A DNA stretch of 63,418 nucleotides, filler included, from Choristocarpus tenellus KU-1152 (Eukaryota > Protista > Phaeophyceae), in assembly GCA_964200185.2 (NCBI GenBank). It is 9 parts of 9 records of this genome, joined end to end, with 100 filler letters (N's around TTAATTAATTAA, not from the genome) between each part and the next. Parts side by side here need not be neighbours in the genome. Positions count along the whole stretch, not along the records: positions 30,847 to 57,093 come from CAXNAD020000170.1; positions 57,194 to 60,605 come from CAXNAD020020214.1; positions 60,706 to 63,418 come from CAXNAD020025384.1; 6 more parts are not named here. The stretch is one strand, 5' to 3'. Of this stretch, positions 50,801 to 61,860 are shown one piece after another (position 1 is the first letter of the stretch; each line of letters opens with the position of its first letter). Under the pieces are notes generated by a model that worked only from the letters and a program-made list of their open reading frames with translations, was not told the origin of the DNA and did no database searches. Made by a program: the position numbers and the translations under genes.

Positions 50801-53800
50801 GACTCTCTTCATCTATTCGCTGCAGCGTGGTACAGTTCTTGCCATAGTGCCGGGTTATCGGATAAAAACATGATTGAATTCATAACCAAATCACCCTGCT
50901 GTCAAATTTATTTGATTTGTGTACCCCACAATACTAGTTCATGGGTCTATGTATGCCTTTCATGATCCAGAAATGCAGCATCCTGCTCTTAATCTCAAGC
51001 AACCTTTTGGATGGCGTAAGGTGAAAGCTTTCTTCATAGTGCAGACACACTGAAATTCCTTGCCCATTACCTGATGGGTGGATCCACTCCTACCCGTTTG
51101 AGATGCATTCAATTAGATATATTTCTTATAACTACCTTCAACATTTTCCCCACCACTTTCTCATTGAATTAATAGCAAAAAAAGTTTATCTTGGGCTGGT
51201 AAAATATTGTGGAGCCCAGGTATAGTGTTATCTGCCATGGTCAATGTCAAGATTGAATGAGATGAATGGTTCAAGAACATGATAGGCATCGAGAAGCATT
51301 CCAGGTCATTCCAGAAGTGTCAGTTTCCATTTCCAGGAAGTGTAAATATGAATAGCTACCATCCCTTCATGTAATTTCATTTCTGGTAAATTTCCATACA
51401 TGGCAGTAAAAGCAATAAAATGAAATGTTAACTGTTTGTTGAATAGTGCCATGGTGAATAATTCATGCAAAAGGTCCAGAGTATCCTAGCAGGGGGTTCA
51501 GGCGTCCATTTGAGGCCTTTGTGACTCTGTGGGAATTTTCTTGTCATTTGAGTAGACCTGTCAGAATTGAGGGCAACTAGTTACCTTCATTTGGATTCAC
51601 ATTCCCCTTACGACCCCCTGAAGGGCCTAATCTGATGGAAAAACACCCACAAAACGGGCATCGAACTGGTGTGTTTTACCTCACCCCATCAAGATCCTAA
51701 TGGACGACCCGGTCTATACACCCCCCCCCTCTAGGATACTATGGGCCAAAAAATTAGATGCTAGTCCAGTGTTGGAGGAGTCTTCATCGAATAAGAAGGT
51801 TACTATCTTTGCTTGTTTAAGGTTGAAAGAAATAAAAAGCCTCCATTTTGCATTTGACTGTCCCCCCCTCGTAAATGCTCCAAATATGCCACGAACAATA
51901 TATGCAGCTGCAAGGTAGCCAAGCCCATTACGTGATCCCAATGGACGGTTACCCGCAAGTTCCTTTGCCTCTCCCGGCAAGTGGCAAGTGAATATATAGC
52001 TGACTTTCTTGCACAAACATACAGATATCGTGCTCACAATCTTATTTTTGTTTTCCTCACCTCAAACATCAACTTAACGTTGTCAGTCATGGGTATGCGA
52101 TCGCCATTTGCAAGTGTAAGAATCTTGTTGTCATCAAGTACAGTGTTTAGATTTTCTATCCAGATTGCGTCCACTGGACCATCACACACTATCCACTGAG
52201 GAAAACGGGGGGGAGATGGCCAACCAGATTAGTTCACGGACGCATCCATTGGATCAATTTTAGTTCTGAACAAGAAAAAAACTATATTCTGTGTTGGAAA
52301 GGCAATATGTTGTTCAAGCTTGTTGAGCTTTGCTGATTCTGTAAATTTCAATTGACTTACAAAACTGAATAATGTATCCATGAGACAATCCACTCAAATG
52401 AAATCACTACATCGTGACGTCTAGATCGACATTGTTTGTTGTTTTGCACTACTTTTGGAGCTCTTTGACATACCGTTTTGCTTGCATACGACATCTGATC
52501 GACATGGGCATGCATCTTGTAAATCTATCACTCTTCATTTTCATGTTATTCTATTTGGATACCTGAGCAGTGGAAGACAAGGTCAACCTGTGCCAAGGTT
52601 CAATGAACAACTTCATAATATGCAAGAGAGTCTGTCTATTCAACATCCATGTATGTTCATACACGTGAGAAAAGCTAGTGGAATTCCTTCATGGTATGCC
52701 TCAATTTGCTCACCTGGATGTCTCGGCGAGTCCTGTCATTAAACTTGCTCCACATGGCAGCAAACACGCCATCTACCCACTCTCCTGTTGCCTTGTCTGT
52801 CTCACCAAACATTTCCTCTGCTCTGATGGCCTTTGGGTTCATCTGGATGCGCTTGTGCTGTACCCCAGTGGTATTTGTGCAAGCATCCTGACGAACATAA
52901 TGGGTAGGTTCAAGGTCCTATGTTTAGAATGAAGGATCACACCTGGTCCTCAAGATTGGCATATCCCTCCTTCTAATTGGCATGGAACAAATATGTTTCC
53001 ATTGGAAACAAAGATGACTTTGTGCCCTAAAATCAATGCATCACTTGTTGGCACTCTGGAAGGTATATGTACAAGCATCTTGCACACTATCACCAGGGCA
53101 TCTTCACATTGACCCAAAATTAATCTATATATATACCTGAAGTGTAGAGATAATACAGCTCTTTCCCGAGCCTGGTGGTCCGACCATCATGATTCCATGA
53201 CGTACAAGAGTGGTCTCAAAGAGCTGAACGATCTTGAGACACCAGGATGGGTGTGGCATTAGTCCCTCCTTAGCAATGGACTCTTGCATTGCTGATTCTA
53301 CCTGAAATATATTGTGTGGTATTTGGTTTGTTGAAGGAGGACGAGCCAGGAATGCTATAGTCTCCAAATATTTGGATCATGAGGGCAAAGTGTTCAAACA
53401 CAGATACATAGACTGTACTCAGTATGGTAGACCTAGAGTCTTATTTGAATCACAATACCATTTACATCTCATAACTATGTTGCTATGTAGGGTATACACA
53501 TGCAGTAGGGCTCCACAGTAGGAATGTCTGCTTGAATTTCCATCTCTGAAATTTTTCAAGACCTACCAATGGTCCATTTCACCGACCTTGGTATAAGCAG
53601 CCCCAGAGGATGATGCCACCACATTTGGGAACAGATCCCCCAGAAGGCTAAGGAACAATGGGACGTCCTGAGCGATGAGTTTTGAGAGGTTCATGTCCCG
53701 TAGAGTACGCATGAGAAGGATCTCCTCATTGGAGTCAAGATTATCGCGTTTGGTCTTCCCAGCAGTCCTGATTTGAAGGTTGAGGAGAGGAGTGTGACTT

Positions 53801-56610
53801 GTGAGTGGAGTACATGAAACTGATTCAAGCCCTGGTTCCTTCGCCTCGAGCTCTTTCTTACCACTCAGGTGAGCATGTCGGTGCCACTCTTTGTTTCCCA
53901 ATTGTGAAAACAACAGTCATATCCAACCGGAGGCTCATCCTCACTGAGATTGAGTCTGCAGTGATACCTAAAAAGACAACAATCGGTCATCATTGGCTGT
54001 TCATACTGACCTAAGTACACTCAAGATGTTTCGTAAGCCAAAGTCGTAGTGTTTCTGCTTGGATAATTGTTGCTCGCACAGACTGTAGAGGACATTGAAC
54101 TTGCGTGCAAGGTCAGAAAAGCCCTGGTACCCTACAGAGCACAGCTTAACCTTCATGATGATCTCGCGATCAGGTACCATCATTGCCACTGATCGGAAGA
54201 GAACCTTGGAATTTCAGTGCCGGAAGAATTATGGGTCAGAGTGAGCACAACAAGGGTTGAAGGTATGGACTGTTCTGGTGTAGGGATGATAGGGCGTTGA
54301 CTGGAAATTGTGCTGAATAGTTGGGTAACGTTTCATGGATTGCGTTGTATGTCTAATAACTATCATTCATTCATACCTCACAATTGCTCTCACAAGAGTT
54401 TCGGTGTCAGCAGTAACTTTGTTTGTCAGAGTGCACCTCACCTTGAGGTTCTCTGGCAGCTCCTGACGGCCCTGGTAGCCTGGGTTCATTGTGATGAAGT
54501 AAGCCACATCCCGCTTAAGAAATATGATCTGACTGTCGCCAGGGAAAACAAAATCTTTTGCCCCAACTCGCTTTGCATTGGTGATTGCAAGTACCTGAGG
54601 AAAAGAATTGAATAGGAATGTTGCTCAACATTGCTTGCCATGGAGATTCTACAAGCTGTGGACTCAAAGGGGGAATCAACAGTCAGCTTTTGATCCCTCT
54701 AATGAGTTGATCGATTTTCTGGACATCTGCAGCATGGTTTGTGAGGAACTCGATCATCTTGATATCTGAAGTCGCTATGGTGCTTCACAATATTTCATAC
54801 CAGGAGTAGCGGAAGGGAGTAGTGCTATATGTGTACAAAATATCTGGCCCACCTGCTGAGCAACCACAGAAAGAACAGGTAGCTCAATACGATTGAACTC
54901 GTCAAAGCACCCCCACAGACCAGCCTGACATAACCCCTTAAATATCTTGGCCATGTCTGTGTACCGCTGCTGATCCGTGCAGTTGGTCACAACCTGATGG
55001 TGCCGAAGATTTTACACAAAAAGTTCGACATTTAATGATTGTCATGCAAGTCAAGGCTACTCTGGGATAATTCTGAATTGAGCTTGAAGAGTAATTCTGA
55101 CTTCAACCCCCTTTACCTGTTTGGAGCTTGTTGCTTTGATGAATAAAATTTATGAACAGGCGCATCACTAGGAACCAAAATGGAGAACACAGCAAGGATA
55201 ATGAGAACGTCAAGGATACTCTGGATCATGGCTAGCCATGTACATAAGGACAATCTGAGTATCATGTCAACGCATTTTCACACCTCCACCATCTACTGTG
55301 TGAGATGGTCAGACATGTAAACTACAAACTATTATGATATTTTTAAACAGCTAAAAACTATAATGATGATATATGTAAACAACTACAAACTATAATAGTA
55401 GGTGCTGTAGATGATTTGCCTCCCTAGAGGGTATTGAATGTAAGACCATTGTATACTACAGTATAGCGAGTGTGATCCCCCTAAATTACACAATTGCAAG
55501 AACATTTGCCAAGTGTATATTCAATAATGAAGCATGCCAATGTTGCCTTGGCTGGGCTACTGAAAATATTTGCTGCTGACAAAATGGTCTCTAAACCAAT
55601 CTGATCCTCAAGATGAGCTCTTTGAAACAGTCGGAAATGTCGTGAAGAGCAAGCAATCATGCACTTGGAGACACAGTATCCTTACCACAAAATTTCCCAA
55701 AGACCGGCCGAGGTCCTTCACTGTCTCTGTCTTGCCTGTACCCGCGGGTCCAGCAGGTGCACCGCCCAAGAACATACCCAAAGCTTGGGAGAGAGTTATG
55801 TAACATCTGTCGGTCAGTGGTGTAATCACAAGTCTTTCCTGAAGGGCATGGGTGTAGTGGGGGGATGGGATAAGATGCCTTGGAACACAAATAAATAGAT
55901 GCAATAATTTTGCTGTGATCATGACTCGTAACATAGCAGTTGAACAAACTAAATTGTGTTGAAGAGATCAGACAAGTAAATTTTGGTTGACAACTTCAGA
56001 TTAGTGAACAATATTGACATTTCAATTGACCGATTTGACCCTTGCCACTGCCTCCTGAGACCCAACACCCATAACAAAAGTGGCTAATCCAGATAGAATT
56101 GCCCTTGCACTCTTGCGTCTAGTCCTTCATATTCATGATAGAACAGGGGTCCCAATAACTCCCCAAGTTGTACACCAATCGATTTGAGCAGCCCTACCGA
56201 TTCAAAATCTCTTGAGCGCACCTTGCATCCTAAATACTCGTAGCAATACTTGAAGTCCACGTCACATATGGAGATCACACAGCAACCCACCCCATGTGTA
56301 TCGTTGAGTCCGGCACGCCAATAGAACCTGGCCTATATTCAGCAAGCACAGGAGAGGTAGTCATTAGGATGCCTCATTTGCACTTTGATCATCCTGAGCA
56401 AATGTGCCCATCTCCATGAGAGGTTACTTCTTCCGTTGTTAGGTTCCCTAAGTTGATATGGTAATGGACTGTGCATGAGCACGTTTGAAAGGTAAGACAA
56501 TATGAAAGTGCTCGCTTGACCTGCTTGAGCCACTCAAAGTCGTTGCCATTGAAGAGTTTCTTCTCTTTGTACAATTTGGTCAGGTCCAGGAATACATCAC
56601 GTTGGTGCAC
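31150..56610 (-). CDS. DNAH5: Axonemal outer-arm dynein heavy chain, gamma type (DNAH5/DNAH8/ODA2-like), partial: AAA1-AAA4, stalk/MTBD and start of AAA5; 37 exons, 5508 nt
   Basis: Exons: 56610-56521, 56332-56222, 55838-55686, 54993-54853, 54594-54442, 54204-54011, 53767-53587, 53301-53137, 52887-52714, 52195-52061, 49667-49516, 49366-49258, 48977-48832, 47747-47438, 47042-46896, 46474-46373, 46089-45988, 45752-45606, 45032-44862, 44603-44421, 44109-44059, 43312-43199, 42780-42569, 41626-41488, 40517-40363, 39664-39526, 39064-38927, 36832-36728, 36543-36469, 36269-36102, 35636-35472, 35311-35078, 34687-34586, 34415-34317, 33703-33531, 32047-31903, 31377-31150. All join in frame with no stops. 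Motifs: [13 protein letters not shown]-loops [24 protein letters not shown] (GTAKT is typical of the DNAH5/8 class) and GVGGSGKQS, plus [44 protein letters not shown] and [11 protein letters not shown]. Confidence 0.93.
33294..33474. mobile_element. MITE family A copy, TSD TTCT
   Basis: TTCT-GGCTCAAAGTATCTGGGG...polyC-AGATGCTTTGGGT-TTCT (terminal C missing). Confidence 0.88.
33755..34007. mobile_element. MITE family B copy, TSD GCCT
   Basis: GCCT-GAGTCAAAGTATCTTAGAGGTA...TACCCTGTAAGATACAATCACTC-GCCT. Confidence 0.9.
39802..39964. mobile_element. MITE family A copy (internally deleted)
   Basis: Perfect TIR GGCTCAAAGTATCTGGGG / CCCCAGATACTTTGAGCC; flanks do not match as a TSD. Confidence 0.85.
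47783..47832. repeat. (GA)n microsatellite; serves as the polypyrimidine tract of a dynein acceptor on the minus strand
   Basis: Direct observation, ~35 nt upstream of exon 47747-47438. Confidence 0.85.
47947..48202. mobile_element. MITE family B copy (reverse orientation), TSD TTAT
   Basis: TTAT-GAGTGAAAGTATCTTAGAGGGTAC...TACCCTCTAAGATACTTTGACT-TTAT. Confidence 0.9.
50219..50805. mobile_element. Degenerate family B MITE interrupted by a family A MITE (50381-50697)
   Basis: B-like sequence runs to CAAGGATATT, followed by GACCCAAAG-polyG...CAGATACTTTGAGCC. B then resumes (GACACTT...CTCTTAAATTCTTTGACTC). Confidence 0.78.
51473..51747. mobile_element. MITE family C copy, TSD AAAA
   Basis: AAAA-GGTCCAGAGTATCCTAG...CTAGGATACTATGGGCC-AAAA; internal GTCCATT, AATGGAC and GGTCTATAC motifs resemble family A. 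Confidence 0.78.
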
Positions 56611-56847
56611 CTGAACGAGTGGAGAATCTCAGTCCATGAAAGTGGCAAGGAGTGTGGTTGAGAAAGAAGTTAGTCATGCTATTAATAGTATTGACCTCAA
56701 TTAACAAAGAAATTCGACGATTATCAATTCCTCTTCATTGTATACAAGCAGGATAACAACAAATCTAACAAAGCAGACATGGAAAACAGCATGCACTGCT
56801 ACATTGGAGAACTTAAAATTATGGCATAATTTTGATTCACCGTTCTT

Positions 56848-57030
56848 GGCTCAAAGTTTCTGGGGGGGGGAGGTGGCGGCTGTCCATTTGGGGTCAATTT
56901 TTCACGTCGATATTTTTGGGTGATTTGGTTGCATACGTCGGATGGACAATGAAAATGCACTTTTCATCATTTCGGCCCAAATGGACACCCTGGTGTAGAC
57001 CCCCCCCCCCCCCCCCCCCCCCCCTCCCCG
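56848..57030. mobile_element. MITE family A copy, truncated at poly-C near the contig end
   Basis: GGCTCAAAGTTTCTGGGG...TGTAGACCCC. Confidence 0.85.
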
Positions 57031-57193
57031 TCTTTTTGTTTGTTTGTTTTTTTTGGTTTTTTCGTTTTTTTTTTTTATTAAAAACATTCTCACNNNNNNN
57101 NNNNNNNNNNNNNNNNNNNNNNNNNNNNNNNNNNNNNTTAATTAATTAANNNNNNNNNNNNNNNNNNNNNNNNNNNNNNNNNNNNNNNNNNNN

Positions 57194-57429
57194 TCTCCGC
57201 GTCCATTTGGGGGCCAAAACCCAATGTTGTGATTTTGATGTAATTTTGGCTATCGTATTTGATAGTAAGTGCCAATATCCTTGTTTCGGACACACCTTTT
57301 CATAACATATACATTTTGCCTACTCCTGAACATTTTGGAGTAGGGAAATTTCACAAAAAAAAACATGGGAAGCCAAGCCCCAAATGGACAAACAGGGCAA
57401 TACTCGTACCCTCTAAGATATTTTCACTC
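57194..57429. mobile_element. MITE family B copy, 5' end lost in the gap
   Basis: Collinear with 58388-58648; ends TACCCTCTAAGATATTTTCACTC. Confidence 0.85.
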
Positions 57430-57432
57430 TGA

Positions 57433-60023
57433 CTAAATATATATATGATATTGATTACAGCACTTGTTCCTCATAATACCCCTTTTCCTACTTTCTGAGT
57501 CGAGGAATCTTGTTAAGATTGAAAAGCTCCGAAACGCAGCATTAACGTCATTATGAATAGGCTCTCTGTCACTAAGAAACAGTACAAAGAATATTTCTGC
57601 AACCTTACCCATGCCCTGAGTGTTGGGGTGACTCAAGAGGTACTGAGGTCTCACCTCGTCTGAGCAATATTTTGTGCAAAAGAATCCGTCATCTGGCACG
57701 CCCACATTGGTAGCAAACTCAGAGGAGGTCTGCGCATGCCATGAGGATGGTACTTCCCACCCAGGGATAAGGGCGAACCTGGCGGGATCTGTGTGGCGGC
57801 TGAGTTTGGAAGGCGATGGGTGTGGAATATTAGCAAACCTTGAACAGCACTAAACATACGGGTATTTATCCTGAGTACTGTGAAGCTGGCGAGGGAGGAG
57901 CCAGGACACATGGTCTACAAGGGCCTCCAGGAAAATGATCTAGTTACAGTAGATATTGTATTGCCGGAGTGCTCCATCTCTCAGGTTGTATTTAAGTCAA
58001 GACTGTAGGCAGTGCAAATCATAACCTTAAGCATGGGCTATACCTGAACGTCTGGTCCTGCAGGTTCGGCCCTGACTCATGAACAGCCAAATCTGCCAGG
58101 ATCATGCAAGTCCGGTGGTGGTCATTCTGCCTGAGGTCCAATTCGTATCGGCTTCCATCATGGCAGCAATTGAGGTAGTCGCAGACAGTTAGCTGTGGGT
58201 GTGTTGCTGCAAATTTACTGTTACTTTGATTGTTTATCTACTTGTGTGAGGGGTTCAGATAAAACTAAAAGGGTTAAGGTTCAAAATATTCACGTTTTAC
58301 TTTTGGAGTACAAAGTACGTACAGGAATGTACCTGGTTCTAGCCCCATGAACAAGTGCAGATTCACTCAAACCTAGCCTTGACTTACGAGCCAAAGTATC
58401 TTAGAGGGTAGAGCCGCGTCCATTTGGGGACCAAAATCCGATGTTACGATTTTGATGTAATTGTAGCTATCGTGTTTATTAGGAAGTGTCAATATCCTTG
58501 TTCCAGACACACTTTTTCATAACGTATACATTTTACCTACTCTGAAACATTTTGGAGTAGGAAAATGCCATTAAAAAAAAACATGGTGGAGCCAAGCCCC
58601 AAACAGGCAAACAGGGCAAAACTCGTACCCTCTAAGATACTTCCACTCTAACTATTCGAATACTCTGGAGAATATTATATGGCAAGCCTGGCATGCACAG
58701 TGTTTCATACACCAATATTGTCTATTTAGCTTTACATGCCAGAGCTCTAATGATTTCTAACATGGCACCAACATTGTATGTGAATCATGAATAAAATATC
58801 AACTAAAACGACCTCGAATTATATTACAAGAAGGAGAAAATCAAGATATTCTCGGCTGTTCTCAACCCACTGAAGCATGACCACTTCTTTTGCTTATTCT
58901 GGATGCTTGTATACTTGCAAAGAAGCAGCTCTCAGCTCAACAGCCTTCATTGGTTGCATGAGTCACTCTCCGGCGGATTTGATAGTAGTTCAGAGTTGTT
59001 CAAAGCATGCAGTACTACTAAGGTTTCGATTGCTCACTAGTGTGACACCATGAAGGGAATGAAGGTCAGGGAAAGAACAGAGGAATGAAGCACCATCAAC
59101 ACCTTGAGCTCTATAATAATATATTGCAAGATAGACGCAGATATAAAAGATGTACTCACTTATCGGCATAGTGGGGGTTCAGGATATTTAGCCACCCAAG
59201 TCTGTTAGCCACCGAAAGTACTCCATCCTCCCCCAAAGTCTCCAATGGAAGGTGAAAGTTTTCCAAGTCTGTGACACGACTGAAGAGATGCACCACGACA
59301 TCCTCACGAAGGAGTACATTGTTCAGCTTCAGAGGAAACAGAAGCGCCAGCTCACGTGCCTGACAATAGGACAGCACAGTATTGAAGGTGGAGGATGCCC
59401 TGCTTTTGTTGACAGAATGTGTCGTAAGACTCGCCCGACAACCTAGCAGCTTGAGACAAAGAACAAAAGTGCTACTTTGTATTCATTGTACCTAGAATTG
59501 AAGAGTTTTAATTCTTCCCAACTCAAGAGTATGCGCTTCCCATCGTCCCATATTTATAGTGCATGCATGCGCGCGTGTGTAATGTACTAGATCATCTATA
59601 CCTGCATGCATGACAACCACCGTCTTGAGAGTCGATACCGCACCTCCCACACCCATGATAGCCACTTGCCCTTAACTGGGAACATTAGCATTTCACTTTC
59701 CTCGTTGAACACCCATGTGAGTCTCAGTTCTTGGACCCTCTGTGGATGTCTCGCTAACCTGACTGTTTTGCAATCTTTGTTGTGAATGCTTTCCAGCACA
59801 TTATTCTGAGCTTGGCATTCTTCGAAAACATTCTCACTCCCCATGTTTTTACAATTTCCACTAAGACTTTCTCCCTTATCCCCAAGGTCGGTCAGCCCAG
59901 GAAGCTCAGGAAGAACAGGGAGGAAAACGTCGTCACTGGGGACATTCACGTAGGCATTGAACAAGTGCTCAATGGTCTTGAATCGCAACTCAGGGGGTGG
60001 AGGGGAAAATAAGAGGACCTGTC
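57433..60023 (-). CDS. Conserved-looking uncharacterised protein with DUF4476-like motif, partial; exons 60023-59602, 59359-59160, 58151-58044, 57838-57655 (last exon uncertain)
   Basis: Phase-consistent GT-AG splicing gives ...RRWLSCMQARELALLFP...LREDVVVHLFSRVTDLENF...RLGWLNILNPHYADNRYELDLRQNDHHRTCMILADLAVHESGPNLQDQTF...LIPGWEVPSSW...GFFCTKYCSDE. This is not dynein sequence. The domain name is inferred from the motif pattern. Confidence 0.65.
58388..58648. mobile_element. MITE family B copy, flanks TTAC/TAAC
   Basis: GAGCCAAAGTATCTTAGAGGGTA...TACCCTCTAAGATACTTCCACTC. Confidence 0.9.
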
Positions 60024-60447
60024 CTTGGAGGGGAGACGAGAAAGTGTTGCAGGAGAAACGGAGGGAACAGGCCACTTAAGGTTGTGGAAAGGAAGGGAGA
60101 TGTGCAGAGTACAAAGTAAATTATTTTGACAAAGCAGCTTTGATGGAGCATTGTTTACCCTACTATCCAACAAGGTGGTGTCCCTGGGCAAGGCTGGCAT
60201 GTACAAGGAGTCTCATGGAAAACAAAGGCAAGATAAATATAAATGGGAGAAAGTAGGTCAGAGATGAAGGATTGAATTCTCAACAAGGGTGAGTTGTTTG
60301 AATCATATGAGGCAACCTTCGGCACAAGACTATTTTTGACTCAGGGTAAATGTCAAACCGGTCCAACCAAACAAAATCCTATCCTTAACACACAGAGTGG
60401 ATTGTGCTCCACGGAGTTAAAAATTGATCACCACCTCTGTTGCAATA

Positions 60448-60547
60448 GAGTGAAAGTATCATAGAGAGTACAAGTTTTTACCAGTTTTTCCATTTGAGGT
60501 TTGACTTCCCACGGGTTTTTAATGACATTTTAGACCCAAAGTATCTG

Positions 60548-60578
<31 letters not shown>

Positions 60579-60580
60579 AC
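60448..60580. mobile_element. Family B MITE end interrupted by a family A MITE at 60533
   Basis: GAGTGAAAGTATCATAGAG...GACATTTTA is followed directly by GACCCAAAGTATCTGGGA-polyG. Confidence 0.75.
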
Positions 60581-61172
60581 CCCCCCCCAAAACACACATC
60601 AACAGNNNNNNNNNNNNNNNNNNNNNNNNNNNNNNNNNNNNNNNNNNNNTTAATTAATTAANNNNNNNNNNNNNNNNNNNNNNNNNNNNNNNNNNNNNNN
60701 NNNNNCAAACCACCCCCCCCCCCAAGATACTTTGACCCAACCCTGAAATGAAAACTCGTGGATGAAGAACTGGGCGATTTGGTGAGAATATTTCCGAGAA
60801 AACTCTGTTGGCATTGATTGGTACATGGAGGTACGAATATACTAGAAACATTTTCTACGTGAGTCAAGGTAATATTTTAGACATCATCTAAGAATACAAC
60901 GTTGAAAATGTAGCATAGTACCCACCCACAAGTGAGTATACACTCACAAGTTGAAGACAGTACACAGCATAGGCACAGAGACCCCAGATAATCAACAATA
61001 CCCCCCTACGTATGATCATCAGTAACAACATTGCAAACCCTCATTCCAACCAATCTTGCTTACCAGGGTAGTAGGTGGTACAAGGGGATGATACTGCTAG
61101 TAAGAGGTAAGAGATGCTGAGTATTCAGTATCTAATGACGATCACGTTGTAGACAGAAACTCTCCTGGTGTC

Positions 61173-61430
61173 GAGTGAAAGTATCTTAGAGGGTACGATT
61201 TTTGCCCTGTTTGTCCATATGGGACTTGGCTTTCCACAGGAGTTTTATGACTTTTTCCTACTCCGATATGTTTCGGAGTAGGTAAAATTTGCACGTGATG
61301 AAAAGGTGTGTCCGGAACAAGGATATTGACACTTCCTCAAAGACATGATAGTCAAAATTACATCAAAATCGGAACATTCGAATTTGACCCCGAAATGGAC
61401 GCGGCTCTACCCTCTAAGATACTTTGACTC
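61173..61430. mobile_element. MITE family B copy, TSD TGTC
   Basis: TGTC-GAGTGAAAGTATCTTAGAGGGTAC...TACCCTCTAAGATACTTTGACTC-TGTC. Confidence 0.92.
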
Positions 61431-61438
61431 TGTCTTGA

Positions 61439-61615
61439 GGCTCAACGTATCTGGGGGGGGTGCCAGCTGTCCATTTGGACCCAATTTTTCCATATCGCGA
61501 TTTTTGGGTGATTTGGTTGCATACGTCGGATGGATAATGTAAGTGCACTTTTTCTGGTTATGACCCAAAGAGACACCCTGTGTAGACCCCCCCTCCCCCC
61601 CAGATACTTCGGGTC
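61439..61615. mobile_element. MITE family A copy, TSD TTGA
   Basis: TTGA-GGCTCAACGTATCTGGGG...CCCCAGATACTTCGGGTC-TTGA. Confidence 0.92.
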
Positions 61616-61826
61616 TTGATATCTTTTTCTTCCGACTGATGCCCATTCTGATACATTTTGTGTCATGTTCTATATAGACTTGTTTGATGTACCAGAAGTA
61701 TTCATTAACGATATGATACGATACTCAATCTTTCAAGAGTAAGGTGTACGACTCCAACCCGTAAACTGTAATTAGTATGGTAACAGATATAGTTTCGACG
61801 AACTTACAGCACTCGTGATTACTCAC

Positions 61827-61860
61827 CTGGCAGCCCTGGTCACTACTGACTGCACCCACA
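61827..61860 (-). CDS. Candidate 34-nt micro-exon, gene unassigned
   Basis: TTTTTGCCCCGCAG acceptor and CAG|GTGAGT donor; open in two frames. Confidence 0.3.

Noticed and set aside
31150-56610. Dynein pseudogene
   Set aside because: All exons join in frame with intact P-loops; truncation coincides with spacers.
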